Program-made: the position numbers and the translations under genes
The notes under the pieces: generated by a model
What the model was told of the DNA's origin: nothing
Database searches by the model: none
The model's input: only the letters and a program-made list of their open reading frames with translations
Shown here: positions 12,820-59,100 of the stretch, piece by piece
How positions within the stretch are numbered: the first letter of the stretch is position 1
Layout: each line of letters opens with the position of its first letter
Assembly: GCF_016433145.1 (NCBI RefSeq)
Contig: NC_058133.1
Coordinates: forward strand, 206,303,435-206,367,434
Length of the DNA stretch: 64,000 nucleotides
DNA from: Gracilinanus agilis
Lineage: Eukaryota
Direction of reading: 5' to 3'

Positions 12820-14660
12820 AATGAGTCAAAGGACAAATCATAAAAATAAGAAAAAAGGGAAAATGACAAATGCTGGAGAGGATGTGAGAAAACAAGTACA
12901 CTATTTCCAGTCTTTACTGTTGGTGGAACTATGAACTAGTTCAACCATTCTGGGAAGCAATTTGGAATTTTGCCCCAAAACCTATCTGCATATCTTTTGA
13001 AACCAGCAATATTGTTGCTAAGGGCTATACCCCAAGAAGATCAAAGAAAGAGGAAAAAGACCCATATGTTTAAAAATATTTATAGTAGCTCTTTTAGTTG
13101 GGGGCAAAGAATTGGAAACTGAGTAGATGACCATTATTTGGGGAATAACTGGACAAGACATGATATATAGTTGTGATGGATACTTTTATGCTGTAAGAAA
13201 TAATAGAAGGGGTTGGCTTTCAGGAAAATCTGGGAAAAATCTAAGAATTTATACAAAGTGAAATGATCAAAACCAAGAAAATAATCTGCATAGTAATAGC
13301 TGTTGTAAAAATAATTTTGAAGGCCTTAGTATGTGATTAACACTATGAACCACAATTCCACAGTATGGTATTTAATGGTGAAACATTCTATCTAGAGAAA
13401 TGATGACCTGAAAATGCAGATTGAAGTATATTTTTTCCCTTTCTTGCCTTTTTCCCCCCTTTTATGTTTTGGGGGATGGAACACACATAGCTATTGTGGA
13501 AATTTGTTTTGCATGACTATATATACTTGTAATAGGTTTTGTTTTTCTTATTTTCTCATCCATTGGGGAATGGTAAAAAGGAGGGAGAGAATTTAAAATT
13601 GCGGTGGGATGGGCTAAAAAAGTGTCCCTCCTTGGGGAAAAAACTAGGTAATTTCGTTAAAAATAATGACACTGAGACAACATACAAAATTTTTGGAGGG
13701 ATGCATCCAAAAGTAGGCCCTAGGAGAAAATTTACATCTCTAAACACTTAGATTAACAAGAGAAGCAACAGATTAACAAATATGCCATGTAACTACAAAA
13801 TATTTTTAAAACCTCAATTAAATAACAAAATAGATATCTTGAAAATCAAAGAGATTAATAAATTTGGAACAAAAGAAATCATTAAATTAATAATAAAAAT
13901 GGGAATTATTTTTTAAAAATATAGACCATTAACTAATTTAACTAAAAAGGGAGAAGAAAACCAAAATCCTCATAAATGTACTCCTAAAGGGAAAAAAAAT
14001 GCCAGGGCTAGATGAATTTACAAGCTAATCTTATTTTAAAATTTGAAGAGTGATTCCAACATTACACAAATTGATGAAAAATGAGAAAGGGTTCTTCTAA
14101 ATTCCTAATGTGATGCAAATATTGTCTTGATAATTTAGACATGGAAGAGTAAAAACAGATAAAATATAGACTGATGTGCTCGGGAACATTTATGTACAAT
14201 TTTAAAGTAAGATATTAGTAAAGAAATTACAGCAGTACATCATAAAGATTATACACTGTGGGGGACAGCTGGGTCACTTCTACTCTTTGATATTTGTGCT
14301 AAAAATGTCAGCTATCGCAATAAGACAAGAAAAAAATTGAGGGACATAGACACATAAAAAAAGAAATAAAATGATTGCTTTTGGGGTATGATAGTTTACT
14401 TAGAGAATCAAAGGGAGTTAATTAAAAATTGATTAAAACAATAGCAACGTGGCAGTACATAGAATAGACCCACAAAAATCACAAACATTTTTTTAATTTA
14501 TCTGCTTAGAAGAACAATTAATTGACAACAGAGAATATAGAAGTTAAAACAAGAATTTGAACAGAAATCTGCATAATTAGTGGATTGGATTGAAAAAATA
14601 AATATCATGTGATAAACTTCTATTTCAGTCTACATATGCTTTTGTGGTATCCATCAGCTA
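12820..14660 (+). mobile_element. Degraded old L1 fragments (ORF2 3' part, 3' UTR, further ORF2 pieces)
   Basis: aaatgctggagaggatgtgagaaaac...tgttggtggaactatgaactagttcaaccattctgg, typical of the L1 ORF2 end; A-rich. Confidence 0.65.
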
Positions 14661-15151
14661 TTCAACTAGAAGAGCTATTTAAGCTAAATATCAAAATAAG
14701 TTATATTTGAGAAAATGATTTTCAAATCACTATTAAAGTATTTAAACATTTATTTCATCTTTTACATTTTATTTTAAATATTTTATCATATTTATAAAAT
14801 AATACTTATATATAATTTTTAGTATATATGACACATGCTCAAAATTTTTTGACCAATGTCATCGTAAAAATGGAGAGTTAGCAAGGATAGATAACATTTC
14901 CTTAGGAAATTGCATAGAGAAGTGATAGGAAATATGATTGTGGGGCAGAGAGGCATTTGAATTGAGGGAAAAGCCTTATAGTTTCTACTACCTGAGCTGT
15001 TCTAAAAGTCACTTCCAATTTCTCAGATATGAAAAAGTTTTGAAAAAAGGCAGGAAACAAAAGAAACAGTTAAAAACCCAACAAAATAAGAATATTCTTA
15101 AATTGAAATCCACTCTTTTGTTAATAAATTGCATTTAAAAATTATGCTTTT

Positions 15152-15568
15152 GGGGGCAGCTGGGTAGCTCAGTGGAGTGAGAGTCAGGCCTAGAGACAGG
15201 AGGTCCTAGGTTCAAACCCGGCCTCAGCCACTTCCCAGCTGTGTGACCCTGGGCAAGTCACCTGACACCCCCATTGCCCACCCTTACCAATCTTCCACCT
15301 ATGAGACAATACACCGAAGTACAAGGGTTTAAAAAAAAAAAATTATGCTTTTGAGGGGCAACTAGGTGGCTCAGTGGATTGAGAGCCAGGCCCAGAGATG
15401 GGAGGTCCTGGGTTCAAATCTGGCCTCTGCCTCAGACACTTCCTAGCTCTATGACCCTGGGCAAGTCATTTAACCCCCATTCCATAGCTTTTTCCACTCT
15501 TCTTCCTTGGATCCAATACACAGTATTGATTCTAAGACAGAAGGTAAGGGTTTTGGGGGGTGGGGTGG
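15152..15568 (+). mobile_element. Two tandem SINE1_Mdo-like copies (young 15152-15339, older 15353-15568)
   Basis: Target aaattatgctttt occurs three times: 15139, 15340, 15569. Confidence 0.92.
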
Positions 15569-15935
15569 AAATTATGCTTTTCATTCTCTTTCATAAGAGG
15601 AAAATGCTAAAGGATTCCTTTTAGCTGAACAGAAAATTGTTTTGTTTTGTATTTTCTGAAAAGGAAAAGGAAGAAAAAAGTATGCACACAAATTTCAAAG
15701 TAGAGGCCAATCAAAATACTCGTCTCATTAAAAAGTTGTATAAGCAACACTTTGTACCTTCTCAACCCTAGTGAGGTAGTAATGGGTAAACAAATAGTCT
15801 CCTCATTTGGGGATGATGAAACATGCCATACAACTGCTTCCATTGAATATGTGAGGGTGTCCTATTTTATTTTTAGGAAAATGGTATGATTGAGGCTGGT
15901 ATAACATAAAATCTGAAGAATAAGTTCTTAGCTGT

Positions 15936-16411
15936 TGTGGGAATAGTATAAGAAGAACAGGGGCTTCCATTAAGCAAGGCTTTGGATTGCCCAAAGTACC
16001 CCAGTTTGCAAGGTTTCTGGGTAACCATAGCTTAGAAATAGCCATACACATAGCTTGCTCCTTCAGCATGAGAATTCAACCCCTCTCTCCCCAAATACTG
16101 TATGTTCTTCTAAGAAATTAATGATGCAGGAATTCTATGAGAAACTTGGTTAGATGTTTACACATTGGCATATTGAATTATCACCTATAGAAAACTCTGT
16201 TTAGAGCCACAGAGGTACTCTAAATCCGTTGTCCTCATCCTGTGAATCATTGACTTCCATTGTGAGTGATCTAATCCCTCTGCTTAATTCAACCCTAGAA
16301 GTACCTTCCTGAAATCAATAAACTTTGTCACTGATCAGCAAGAGGCCTTGAGTCTATCTATAACCTTCCTGATCTCAACCTCATTCCTCTTATCCTGTTC
16401 CATGACCCACA
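15936..16411 (+). mobile_element. Probable solo LTR
   Basis: TGTGGG...CCCACA inverted termini; AATAAA 16317-16322; about 115-bp core shared with 34946-35060. Confidence 0.55.
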
Positions 16412-16591
16412 AATAACTTGTTGAATTGGTCTCATCAAGCTATTGAGATGATATTTTCAAGAATTGAAAAGCGGGTATTATATATAGGTAAAGGTAGATA
16501 TATAGGTGAAACAGAGTTGTTCATTGTGAATTTATCAGTTTCTATAAGTAACTTAATATACCATGATCCTGACAGGTAAATTGTCTACATC

Positions 16592-51530
<34,939 letters not shown>

Positions 51531-52274
51531 AAGGTGTATACAGAAGCATGGAATGGAATGGGTGGAGTGTATTATTTTTAAAAAGGATTTCTTCATAAAT
51601 GGCTGTGTCCTTGGGGATAAGTTGGGGCCCATAAATCTGAGATGCAAAGATCCTCTGCTCCTAAAGGACATCAGTAGCCAGGGCCTAGAAATAAGACCCC
51701 TTCTTTAGAATCATTTTTCTTAAGCTTCCTTTGAAGCTGCTTTGGTCCTCATTGTGTGAACCCTCATGTTGAAGCAGGGCACTAGCCATGGGGAGTGCTA
51801 GAGCTCTAGCTAGGGTGAAGCTTCTGGTATGTTTTGAGAGACTTAAGAGCAGTCAGGCAGCCGTGACTGTTCCTGAAATCCGATTTAGGTGATGAGGGGC
51901 CAGTTGAGGTTGTCCTGAGTAGAGTACAGCTGTGTACTCTGTACTTTTGTTTGTTTTTTTTTTTTTTCCTTCAACTCCCAACAGATTTTCTCCTTTTTCC
52001 AGTGGCCAGGTAAGAGTTAGTGTGAATTGGGCAGGTTCTCTGCATTGTTTAAGTTTTAGATTCCACAAATGGCACCACACCAGCACAACTGTGTAAGTTT
52101 CTGATGTGGTTGTAGGTGCACTATGTCATTGGGAAGCAGTATTTTGGCTATTCAGCCAGAAACTTTCAGATGTATATGGGAGAGAGCAGGAAGCTGTCCT
52201 GAACAAGCTGAGCCCAGAACTACAGTGATTAGGAAGTATTCTGGAAATTGTTCCTAGACCTAAGCTGTTTCTTA

Positions 52275-52286
52275 ATTAAAAATAAA
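52275..52286 (+). terminator. DDX42 polyadenylation signals (ATTAAA + AATAAA)
   Basis: ATTAAA 52275-52280 directly followed by AATAAA 52281-52286, U-rich downstream, about 750 nt after the stop. Confidence 0.7.
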
Positions 52287-52720
52287 CCTCAGCAGTTTTA
52301 AAAAAATCTAATTTCATTGTATATTACCTTTTTTTTTTTAAACTTTTGCCACAATAATCTTTTTGCTGAAATTTGTTTTCATCCTGTTTATAAAAGTATC
52401 CAGAACTACCAGATTTTGTGACACTTGTGAAGGTTTCTTTCAGATGTGCATTCCTTTTTGCTTGCTCTAGTAAATGTTTTATTACTGGGAGAATGCCTGG
52501 TTTGTGTGTCATTATCAGATTTCTTATAGTGGTTTCCCAGAGACCCTGACTCTTTCACTATCTGAAGAGTAATACCCTATGCCATCTCTGATGAGACCAT
52601 ACTTTGGGGTGGTAGGAAGGAGTTTAAATCAGTATAGAGAAGTCCCTTGACAAGTCAGATGCAGAATTTAGACTCCTGAATGTGTCCCCTTAAATTTATA
52701 CCTCTACCTTTTTTGAAGCT

Positions 52721-52726
52721 TTTATT
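52721..52726 (-). terminator. FTSJ3 polyadenylation signal
   Basis: TTTATT on plus = AATAAA on minus, 210 nt after the stop; second candidate at 52478-52483. Confidence 0.6.
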
Positions 52727-52935
52727 TTCCATAGTTGCCTTTTCTCACAAGGGAACAGAACAGTACAAAATATTGGTCAGTGACCAGTACCAGAAAACCA
52801 TTAACTACAGAGGGCTGTGATATGAACATCAGCTTTTCTTTCCACAGAAAAAATGAGGCAAGTTTGAAACTTGTCCAGGTCCTAGGAAGAGGAAATAGCT
52901 CAGCAATTCTCTATAATCCTTCTGGATCCTGTCTT

Positions 52936-53140
52936 TCACTTCCTCCTCCTGCCTTTGTGGCCTTTGTGCTGCTGCTCCTTCCGTTGTTGTGCCCTCAGGT
53001 CCTTTTTCATCCTTGTATCCACCACTTTAAAGTGACCTTTGACTCCAGCAGGTCTTCTTACCTTCCGACCCACACCTTTTTTAGCCACAACATAGGTAAC
53101 CTGGCGTTTCTCCTTGCCAAGCCCAGCCTTCTTGTAGAGG
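52936..53140 (-). CDS. FTSJ3: FTSJ3 last coding exon
   Basis: [24 protein letters not shown]...[13 protein letters not shown]...GRRRK TGA. Confidence 0.96.
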
Positions 53141-56100
53141 CTGCAAAAGGAAAGTGCAAATTGAAACTCTCCTTCCTTTGCTCAAAACATGAAAACTTCT
53201 AATTTATAATATGGAAAAAGTAGTAGATAAAAATCCACTTAAAATCTCCATGGGGCCGGTGGGTTCTGTTTTTAAGAAAGTAAAGGGGTCCCAAGACCAA
53301 GAAGTTTTATGTTCTAGACCCAACCACCCTTTAGTTCTACTTCACCTTCGCAACTGGGCCATCTTCTCCCGCTCAGAGATGTCCACTGTATTTACCACAG
53401 CCTCTGCCTTCCGCTTAGTCTGCTCCATTTTCTTTAACATCTATGGGTAAAATCCTTGGTTACATGACTGCTTTTTAGCCAGTTGGAGGAAAACTTGAGC
53501 CTGCCAAGGGCCTTGGAAAACACTATCACTTACTCTACGTTTCTTTCGGGCCTTGGCCTCAGCCACTTTTTTGATGGGCCGAGCATTAATTTCACGCCAG
53601 CGTTTCCGGTACTCCTCCACTGTCTTTTTATCCAAGGGCAATGGCCGAATTCGATACTGCTTTTCATCTTGCACAAACCACTCAGGGAGGTCCTCTTCCT
53701 CCTCATTGTATGTATACCTAGATGAAAAAAAGTACCCATTGCTTTCTTAAAGTAGCTGTCCACTCACCTAGAGCCCATCCTTCCCCATAATTCCTAATCT
53801 TCATACCTACTAAAGGAGTCATCTATGAGATCTCGCCGTGCTTTCCGGGAAGAGGCAATCATGGCACCAAGAGCTAGACCTTCTGGGTTCAATATCTGGC
53901 GTTTGACTAAGGGAACAGTTTTAGAGTTCAGTACCCAATAGGCTTATTTTCCCAGAATGCCCCTATCTACCTTCCCAAGGAAGTAGAACTCTGGCCCTCT
54001 TACCTGGATTCTCAATAGGCACCACCACAAATCCATCTTCTGGCTCTATCAAATGGCCTCGCTTCTTACCTCGGGGACCTTTACTTAATTTTCTATTGGA
54101 AAGAAAGCATGAGCCTGCTCAAATCCCCTTCCCTGACGAAAGAAGGGAACCATTTGAGAAATGGGCAGGGAGATGGCATTCTCTTTGGACCATCACCATA
54201 TGAGGCTCTCACCTCTCATCTTCACTGCTGCTATCACTGTCTGAACTGCTGGTCTCTCTAGCAGAAGTGGCTGCATTTTCTTCAATGACTGGCTCTCCTG
54301 TGCTGGTGCTCTGGGCCTGATGTTGGGGAGGCACCTCTGCACTTTTTGAATTCATAGGCTTTGGCTGGAGTTTCTGTTTTTCTTTACAGTGGCTCTCATA
54401 CAACAGCTGAGCCTGGCTTATCTCCACAGCCTGATCTTCATCATCTTCAATCCCAGCAAAACCACCCTGCAACAAGGAAGCGCTTCAGAACCAAGAGAAG
54501 GGAGGGCAGCTAGTAACACAATAGTTAGAACCCTAGAGCCAGAAGGTCCCAGGTTCATATCTGATCCAAGACACTTCCTAGCTGTGGCCCTGGGCAAGTC
54601 ACTTAACCCCATTTTGCCTAGCCTATACCACTCTGCCTTAGTTGTTACCAAGATAAAAGATAAGGGATTTTGCTTTTTTTGAAAACAAGAAACAAAACAA
54701 TTTACCTTCTTCCTTGGAATCAATACTTACATATTGGTTCTAAGGCAGAAGGGCTCTAGACAATGGGGGTTTTAGCTAGAAAGTGTTTGAGGTCACATTT
54801 GAACCCAGGACCTCCTAGTCTCTAGGCCTGGCTTTCTATCCCGAGCCACCTACTTGCCCTCAGTGAAGGGTTTAAAACAAAAAGAAAGGGGAACAGAAAG
54901 AAGCAACCCTGTCCACCCCTACTGCCTTCCCAATTATTAATCCTGAAATCAAACCTCATATCCCCATCTCAGTTCAAATTTCCATATCTGGTCTTACACT
55001 TACTTTGGAAAACCACAGGTTGGTTTGTTCTTCCTGAAGGACAGTCCTTTCCTCCAGTGGTACCAAAAGAGGATTCTCTTGTTGTTCTTCCTCTTGATGC
55101 GGTTGCTCTGCAAACTTTACACTGTGGGCCCAGAAATAGACCACAGGTTCTTAAGCATGGAGGGAGGTTTTTGTGGGCTCCCACACCAATGTTCACAATT
55201 AAGATACTTTCACGGAAGATGTTCCCTTCTCCGTATTATGATGTTTAAGAGTGGAAAGAAACATCATCAGACCACCATAGTGGCCCACCAACACTGGACT
55301 CACCATTTTTGAGACGGAGGAGCCTTGTATCCCTTAACTCCCACAAGCTCTTCAGGGTCCAGGTCACTAGCCAGAGATTCATCATCAGCAACCTCACTCT
55401 CTTCATCAGATAAATAGATATCACTCTCTGGTTCCTCCAACAGGAATTTGTCTGCAGTCCCCATATTGCCTTGTGCCACTTCCTGTAGTAGCTGTGGTTA
55501 GATGGAAGACAGGCCAGGACTCATCAAAATGATGCTTTTGCATTTTCAAAGTACTATATCTTCAATTTATGCCCATAATTCCACTTTTGGAAAATTTACT
55601 GCTATAGTTTCATGCATAGAAAACTTCCTTCCGCAACTTACATCTAGAGTTCTTGGTTTTGACCTCTGGGGCCAAGCAAAACAAGTCTGATCCTCCCACA
55701 TAACAGTTCTTTAAATACTTGAAAATATTTATCATATTCCCTAGGTCTTCTCATTGAACTTCCATATCCATTCCTGACAACATTCTTCCTGGGATGTAGA
55801 CCTCAGAACTAAGACTCCAGATGTGGGCTGAACAACTTGGCATGAACCAGGAGGATTTATCACACCTCCCTTGTTCTGGAGGTACAATAAATGACAGTAA
55901 AACCTTAAGTTTTGACTGCCTTGTCTTACTGCTGACTCAGCTTACTGGTGAGTCCTTGCCTGGGATCTTTTATGTAATCTGGCCATTATCTCATTACAGT
56001 TGAGTTTATGGTGCTAAAAGTAGGAGCTGGAATTTCAAAGATGGAAGTGTAGTATTAGATTTAGTCCATGGCCCAATTTTGTGTCACTACAGATCTCAGA

Positions 56101-59100
56101 AGCACATCTTTATCCAAGTCACTTAAAAAAAAGTTGAGCAGTTAGCAACTCGGGACCAAAGGCAGATAGATCCCCTGGATCACAGGAGAGGCCTTCCAGA
56201 AACTGGTTTAGGTTCTAATGTTCTCAAACTCCATGAACAAGTCTGTTCACCCTAATGCATGTATATAGGCTCCTTATCCCATTCTTAGCCCTCACCGTTT
56301 CAGCATATCATACCAATTACATGCATGTTTGACTCAGCACAACAATCCATATATTCCAATTCTTAGCCCTGGGTTTTTCACATTCTATAATCACAAGTTA
56401 CAAAGTCAATATAATAAAATAATTCTAGGTGAATCAGTCAATTCTGTAGGAAGAGTATAAAAAAAATGATCAGCCAAATGACAGTATAGTGAGATTTTGC
56501 AAAACGAGGCTAATTTTTAAAATAATGAATCATTGATATTATTTTGGAAAGATAGTATTTGGTATGCACAAGAGGTCTATAGTCTCAAGATATTCCACAT
56601 ATACTAAATAGCCCCAAAACACACCCCCCACCCATCCCACCTGGTGGCCACGGATTGTGCGCAGGGAAAACATCCCAGTTTCACCATCATCTGCAATGGA
56701 CACTCCAGGCAAATCCATCTTTAGTTCTACTCGCTCACGTTGTTTCCTCTGCTCCTGAAGCAGCTTTTTTTTCTTCCTGGATAATAGTACCCATGGAATC
56801 AACTGGTGAACTCCAGGCATCAAGAGTTCCCCTCCCCCCCCCCCCCCCGAAAAAGGCTGCTTTTTCCAAACCCCACAAGCCTCTCCCACATCTGGTAACT
56901 CAAAAGCCAAGAACCTCAAGCCAATCAAATCTAGGATTAGTTATAAACAAGCCCTAGACACACATGAAAACTGAAGTTGTGAACTGTGAACCTATGATAT
57001 GATGACTCAAATCTTCTAGTAAAAGTAAGATCGTCTTAATGTCACAAAGTAAATGCTATGAATGCTGGCTTTTTTGTATATTTGTAAAAGATATTTTCTT
57101 AAAAAATTATGTCTTCCAGTACATCCTTATCCTTTGTGCCCTAGGATAGTTCTCTGCCTTCCCTACTTATAAGGCCAGGCCACTCCCATGCTTCTCACCT
57201 CTTCAGCTCTGCTACCTCCTGGGCCTTCATTTCTGCAAGAGCCCTGTCCAACTCCTCCTCCTCCTCAGCATCCTCAGCAGCAACTGTTGTCTTTTTTCCT
57301 TCTTTTTGTTCCTCTTCCTTCTCCTCCTCCTCCTCTCCAGAGCTCAGACTGCAGTGGAGGCAAGCATATGAATGAGGGCACATTCAGTTTCAAAGGTTCT
57401 TTCCCAATCCTCCTCAAATCTTTTGTTCTACTCTGACCTCAGCTCACCTGATGTCCAGTAACTTTGCCTGATCTTTTAATTTCTTGGCCACGAATCGACG
57501 AAGCTTTGTTCTCCAATTCAGTAGGGACCTGTTGCAAAAGCTCCATTACTAACTGCCCCAACCCTATCATCATTAAATGCCTCACAGGATGCATAAAACT
57601 TACAATCAGATAAATTAAGTTCAATGCTTTGCCCCAACCCCAAATTTCTGACACAGTTTTCCAACTCTGAGAAAACCAAGTTACATTTTCCCCTCAAACC
57701 TCATTGGGTTCTACTTCCTCTCAAACTTAGGCTTGCTCCCAAGGTCCTTCCCAGTCACATAATTTGGGATGTCTGTCCTCATACCTGAGCTCTTTTCGCC
57801 CTAGCACTTTGATGTCCTGGCAGTACACCTTTACATCCTCACTAGTGGCTGGATGCTGCTCCAATTCCTTATCATCCAGCATGATCTGCTCAGCAAGGAA
57901 GGAAGATAATCAGAGAAGCCGAAAGTAAACTTCCTTGATGGGTTAGGGCAACTTTTCCACATATCCCTTTCCCAGACATACCTCACTAGCTTTGGAGAGG
58001 AAGTCAACAGGATTGGCAGCTCGGAGGAAGTCAGTGATAGAGACCCGATGATAGAGAGTAAGGTCACCTTCAGCATAGCCCTCAGCCTAGTGGGATAGGA
58101 AAGAAACAGAGAACAAACAGAAGTCTCCTTTGAATTCTCAATGGTCCACATTTCTTCTCCCTCTCAAGAAATTTCAGGGTACGTCCATTTCTTTTCTACA
58201 TGCATACCTTGGGCTTCTTCTTGGTTACCAATTCAGTCACAGTCTTGGCCTGAACTTCAACCTCTTTAAAGGCAAATTTGGGGTCAAAGAATTTACTGTC
58301 AATCTTATCAGGAGCCAGGAAACCTGGAAGATATGTGCAGAGAGAAAAAGATGAAGAGAACACTCTGAGAAAGAAAAAGGGCATAGGAGAAGAGTAGACT
58401 AGAGAATATAAAGGAGAGCTCACCCTGGCAGACCACAAAGATCTCTGCAGATTCCTGTCGAGAGGCCTGGGGCTTAGTTGCCTGAACATGGCGAAATAGC
58501 TGCTGGAAAATCCAGAGAAGGGGTTGGTAGTCACGGGAGCGGAAAACCTTAGTGATAAAGCAGCCACCACGTGCCAGGAAATCACAAGTCAGACGAAGTG
58601 CCATCAAGGTCAGGTGGGCTAAGAGGAATCAAGACTTGTCAGCTAGGGAGCTCAGAACTTGTGAATAAGCCCAACCCCAATTCTCCTTAGGCACCTTGTG
58701 AGTAAGCATCATGGACCCAGCTAGCCCCTACGTTAGGAGCCCCATCATTGAGCACAACATCAACCTTCCAAGTCTTTAGCTCCTTCCTGAGAGCCTAGAG
58801 AAAGGAAATAGAATGTCACATCTCTTAGCTAATCATTAGATCTTCCCTATAGCCTAAGCCATTTCAAAGGTTTAATAAATGCTTTTATTCAAAGAACACA
58901 TTTGGACATAACAATGGGGACTGGCTAAAATCAAGAATAACACATAATTAGCCTCATATAAATAGCACAATTGCACTGGATATTAGTTTGGGGTAAAAAA
59001 AGGGTCCCAAACCCCCTCCCCGTTATGTATCTGTATTTCTCATAACTGAAGAAATCCATGATGAAAAATCCAATCAGATTACAAAGAACATATGGACCTG

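Noticed and set aside
53763-53770. Strong minus-strand donor TAG|GTGAGT inside an FTSJ3 intron
   Set aside because: It would leave an intron of about 50 nt and add a stop codon; too short to be efficiently spliced.
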